64,000 nt of DNA from the NCBI GenBank assembly GCA_002633005.1, contig NMRA01000510.1, forward strand, positions 125,438 through 189,437, written 5' to 3'. A program made the translations under genes and the position numbers. Below the pieces are notes generated by a model. That model had not been told where the DNA came from. It saw nothing but the letters and a program-made list of their open reading frames with translations, and searched no databases. Below are positions 61,501 to 64,000 of the stretch, in pieces; within the stretch, counting starts at the first letter, position 1, and every line of letters starts with the position of its first letter. Source of the stretch: Phoronis australis. Its lineage: Eukaryota; Animalia; Phoronida.

Positions 61501-64000
61501 TTGCTGGGGACATATAAAATTAGACATATGAAGCCAGGACTGGTGTTAAAACCAGAATAATTATATCCTATTCATTTTAAGATCAAACAATTTTGGTATG
61601 CTTAATTAAAACCACAATCAAAAAAGCGGCTGGGCCTCAAAATATAATGAATAGTTTTTGTTTGACATGAAACGTGAGATAAACTGTGGCAGATGAATTG
61701 GGCAACTTTATGGCTTCTGAAGGTGAACGGAAACTGTAATTAAGAAATTACAGTCAAATTAACATAAGTTTCAATTTTCTCACAACTGATTTCTACACCA
61801 CGTCGATGGTACTGAAGTGTGCTCACCTAGCCGTCACGGTGACGAGCACACGTACATGTTGTAGCAACAGTTCTGCCCGCAGTGTGCGATTGCCAACAAG
61901 GTTTTGTTGCTGCAATTCATGCACCAGTGAGCCCTTGGATATAATTCCGTAGTCGACAGAAGGTGTATTAAGGACGTGAGGCTCAGGTATGTGATATACA
62001 AGGTCAGAGTTCCTACGAAGAGGGCCTATTCCGATTTAATGCTCTTCGGAATCAAAATTCAATAAATAGCCTGTTAGTTGTATTAAAAATCAACACAAAA
62101 TGATTATGTTGTAGGAAAGAAAACGTTCAACGACAGAGAGTCTGTTTACATTGTTGACACTCTACACAGGGTCACTTCATTTTTAGTATTCCTCGCTTGA
62201 CGTATGGACATTTTTTTCGTGATGAAAGGGTGGTTATCCTGATACTTTCCAACAGCACAACCCTATCAAAATACGTATTACAGTCAATACCAACGGCACT
62301 ACGACGCGTGTTAACTGTGGGACGCAGTGTAGTGCGACGCAAGTCGCTTAAGAAAATCGGAAGTGTTTCTAGTAGACACGGCCAGTCACATTTACTTTGG
62401 TAACTGTCACCCATTTTGATTATGAATTTTGTCACCATTTTTTATCAGGGACGACATCTGTCGTGCTGACATAGTATTACATAAAAACGTCAAAAAGTAA
62501 GCAGGCGTCAGCCAGCACCACAATGAGATTCCCGGTGGACATATTCTTTTGTGTTGTTGGTGACGACAACGGTTTAATATGGTCTTAATAGAATGCATGC
62601 TCACATTACAAAAATCTCAAGAGTTCTTAATTTGTAAATATGACAATTTTGTGGCCTGTTTAGTTCAAGTGCACGTGTGTGAGGTCTTGAAATTGCGGTT
62701 ATGTGACCCTAGAAAAAAGTCTAAATTTGGTTGACTTCAGAACATCATCTGTCGGAGATTACTTTTCAGATTCAAACGAAACGTTCAGACATCGTATTTT
62801 AGGCATTCTCCAAAATGTGCTTAGTCGTTTTTAAATGTTCCGCATTGACATAAAGGGCAGTAAAAATGATTTTTACCATTTTTATGAAAAAGTCAAAAGT
62901 TACATCAAACGAAAAGGAAAGGATTTAAATAAACTGTAATAGGGTTTTTGAAATCAAATGTTATCTTTAGCATTTACACCAAAGGAAATTTGGGTCATGT
63001 TTTAATACTTTTATCTTGCTACATTTATCGTTGTTGAAAATTTGAATTAAAAAGACATGGCCAAACAAATCTGTTAAAATTCTGCAGATTTTGTACTTTC
63101 AACGCCATCTTGCTAAGTTCTATAGTTTTGTAACTAAATGGCTGAATGCACAAACTTGACGATATGTTCCCTCATAAACTTACGCTTCGTCATTGTAACG
63201 AAAACGAAATGGACTCGAAATTCTCAAATTACGTTTGTCTAACTAGTATATCCAAATCAAAATTGAGCCGTATTTGAAACTCTGTCTCATGAAAACATCC
63301 GAGTCATCTGTTGCCACCCGAGAAGTGAATGCAATTTGACATGTCAAATATAAGGTCAAAATCTTAAAAACGAAATGTTATTTAAGACAAATTACGACGA
63401 GAATTAGCGAAGTTCTGTACGTGAGAGCTTCCAGTCGCGATGAATCGTTAAGGATATTTACTCGGCTGCCCTCACCACCAGATTCCATCAGTTATTAAAT
63501 GCCGTACTTTATGGGTTAGAGGCACCAGAACAGGGTCAGTCATTGTTCGCAACATGACTCTGTCTAAAGTTTTTCATACTAATTGATGAATACAGGCGCA
63601 CAATTCTTATCAGCGTTGCATCTCTTGATCCAGTGGGTATACAATGGCAATGACCCCTTTCGGTGATGTCATAGGCCAAGAATGACGAAAGAACACTAGC
63701 TGGCGATGTTGGCGGTATTAGCAGTAACCTTGCACTCATCGCGAGTGCACTTAATAAGAACTGGCTTTGACTTTATTCTAGGCTTTAATTTAAAGTTTGA
63801 GGCTTCCCGCTCCCGCCATCGGCCACACACGTACATGTAGACAGTTCAAAACATTTTGTTTGCAATTCGATTCAATGACACTTGAATTACATTTGGCCTT
63901 TCTTGAAAATTTGAAAACAATATCCTATTGCCTCCCTACACGGACGTACCTACATCATCTTAGAGGAGTGAAGTCGTAGACTGAGGGAACACCTTATTTG

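Noticed and set aside
50257-63979. Numerous 60-124-aa ORFs upstream of the LRR gene
   Set aside because: No recognisable domains or consistent exon chain; compatible with random ORFs.

Overview
This is eukaryotic, AT-rich, intron-rich invertebrate (probably marine) genomic DNA, with an assembly gap at 1419-1534. It holds three protein-coding genes. (1) A NEK1-family kinase on the minus strand: 27 coding exons were reconstructed by hand from 29861 down to 4015, with continuous GT-AG phases (~946 codons); its 3' end lies beyond the left edge. (2) NDUFA2 on the plus strand, head-to-head with NEK1 (three exons, 30378-43382, 95 aa, missed by the ORF track). (3) A 389-aa secreted, probably GPI-anchored LRR protein with a single coding exon (minus strand, 48344-49513). 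The introns are packed with mobile DNA. The most notable is a miniature LTR retroelement (TRIM) in NDUFA2 intron 1 whose LTRs contain a tRNA-derived Pol III promoter, with a tRNA-Lys-type PBS and a PPT. Next to it is a decayed Kolobok-like element carrying THAP and KolX/P2X7-ballast-like remnants, itself split by a Harbinger MITE. Also present are several Helentron-type HINEs (two of one family end ~25 nt upstream of host splice acceptors), a TTAA Kolobok-type MITE, MITEs with 5-bp TSDs and an RLE-LINE fragment. No convincing coding sequence was found in 49.5-64 kb. All calls come from manual reading; no database searches were run.
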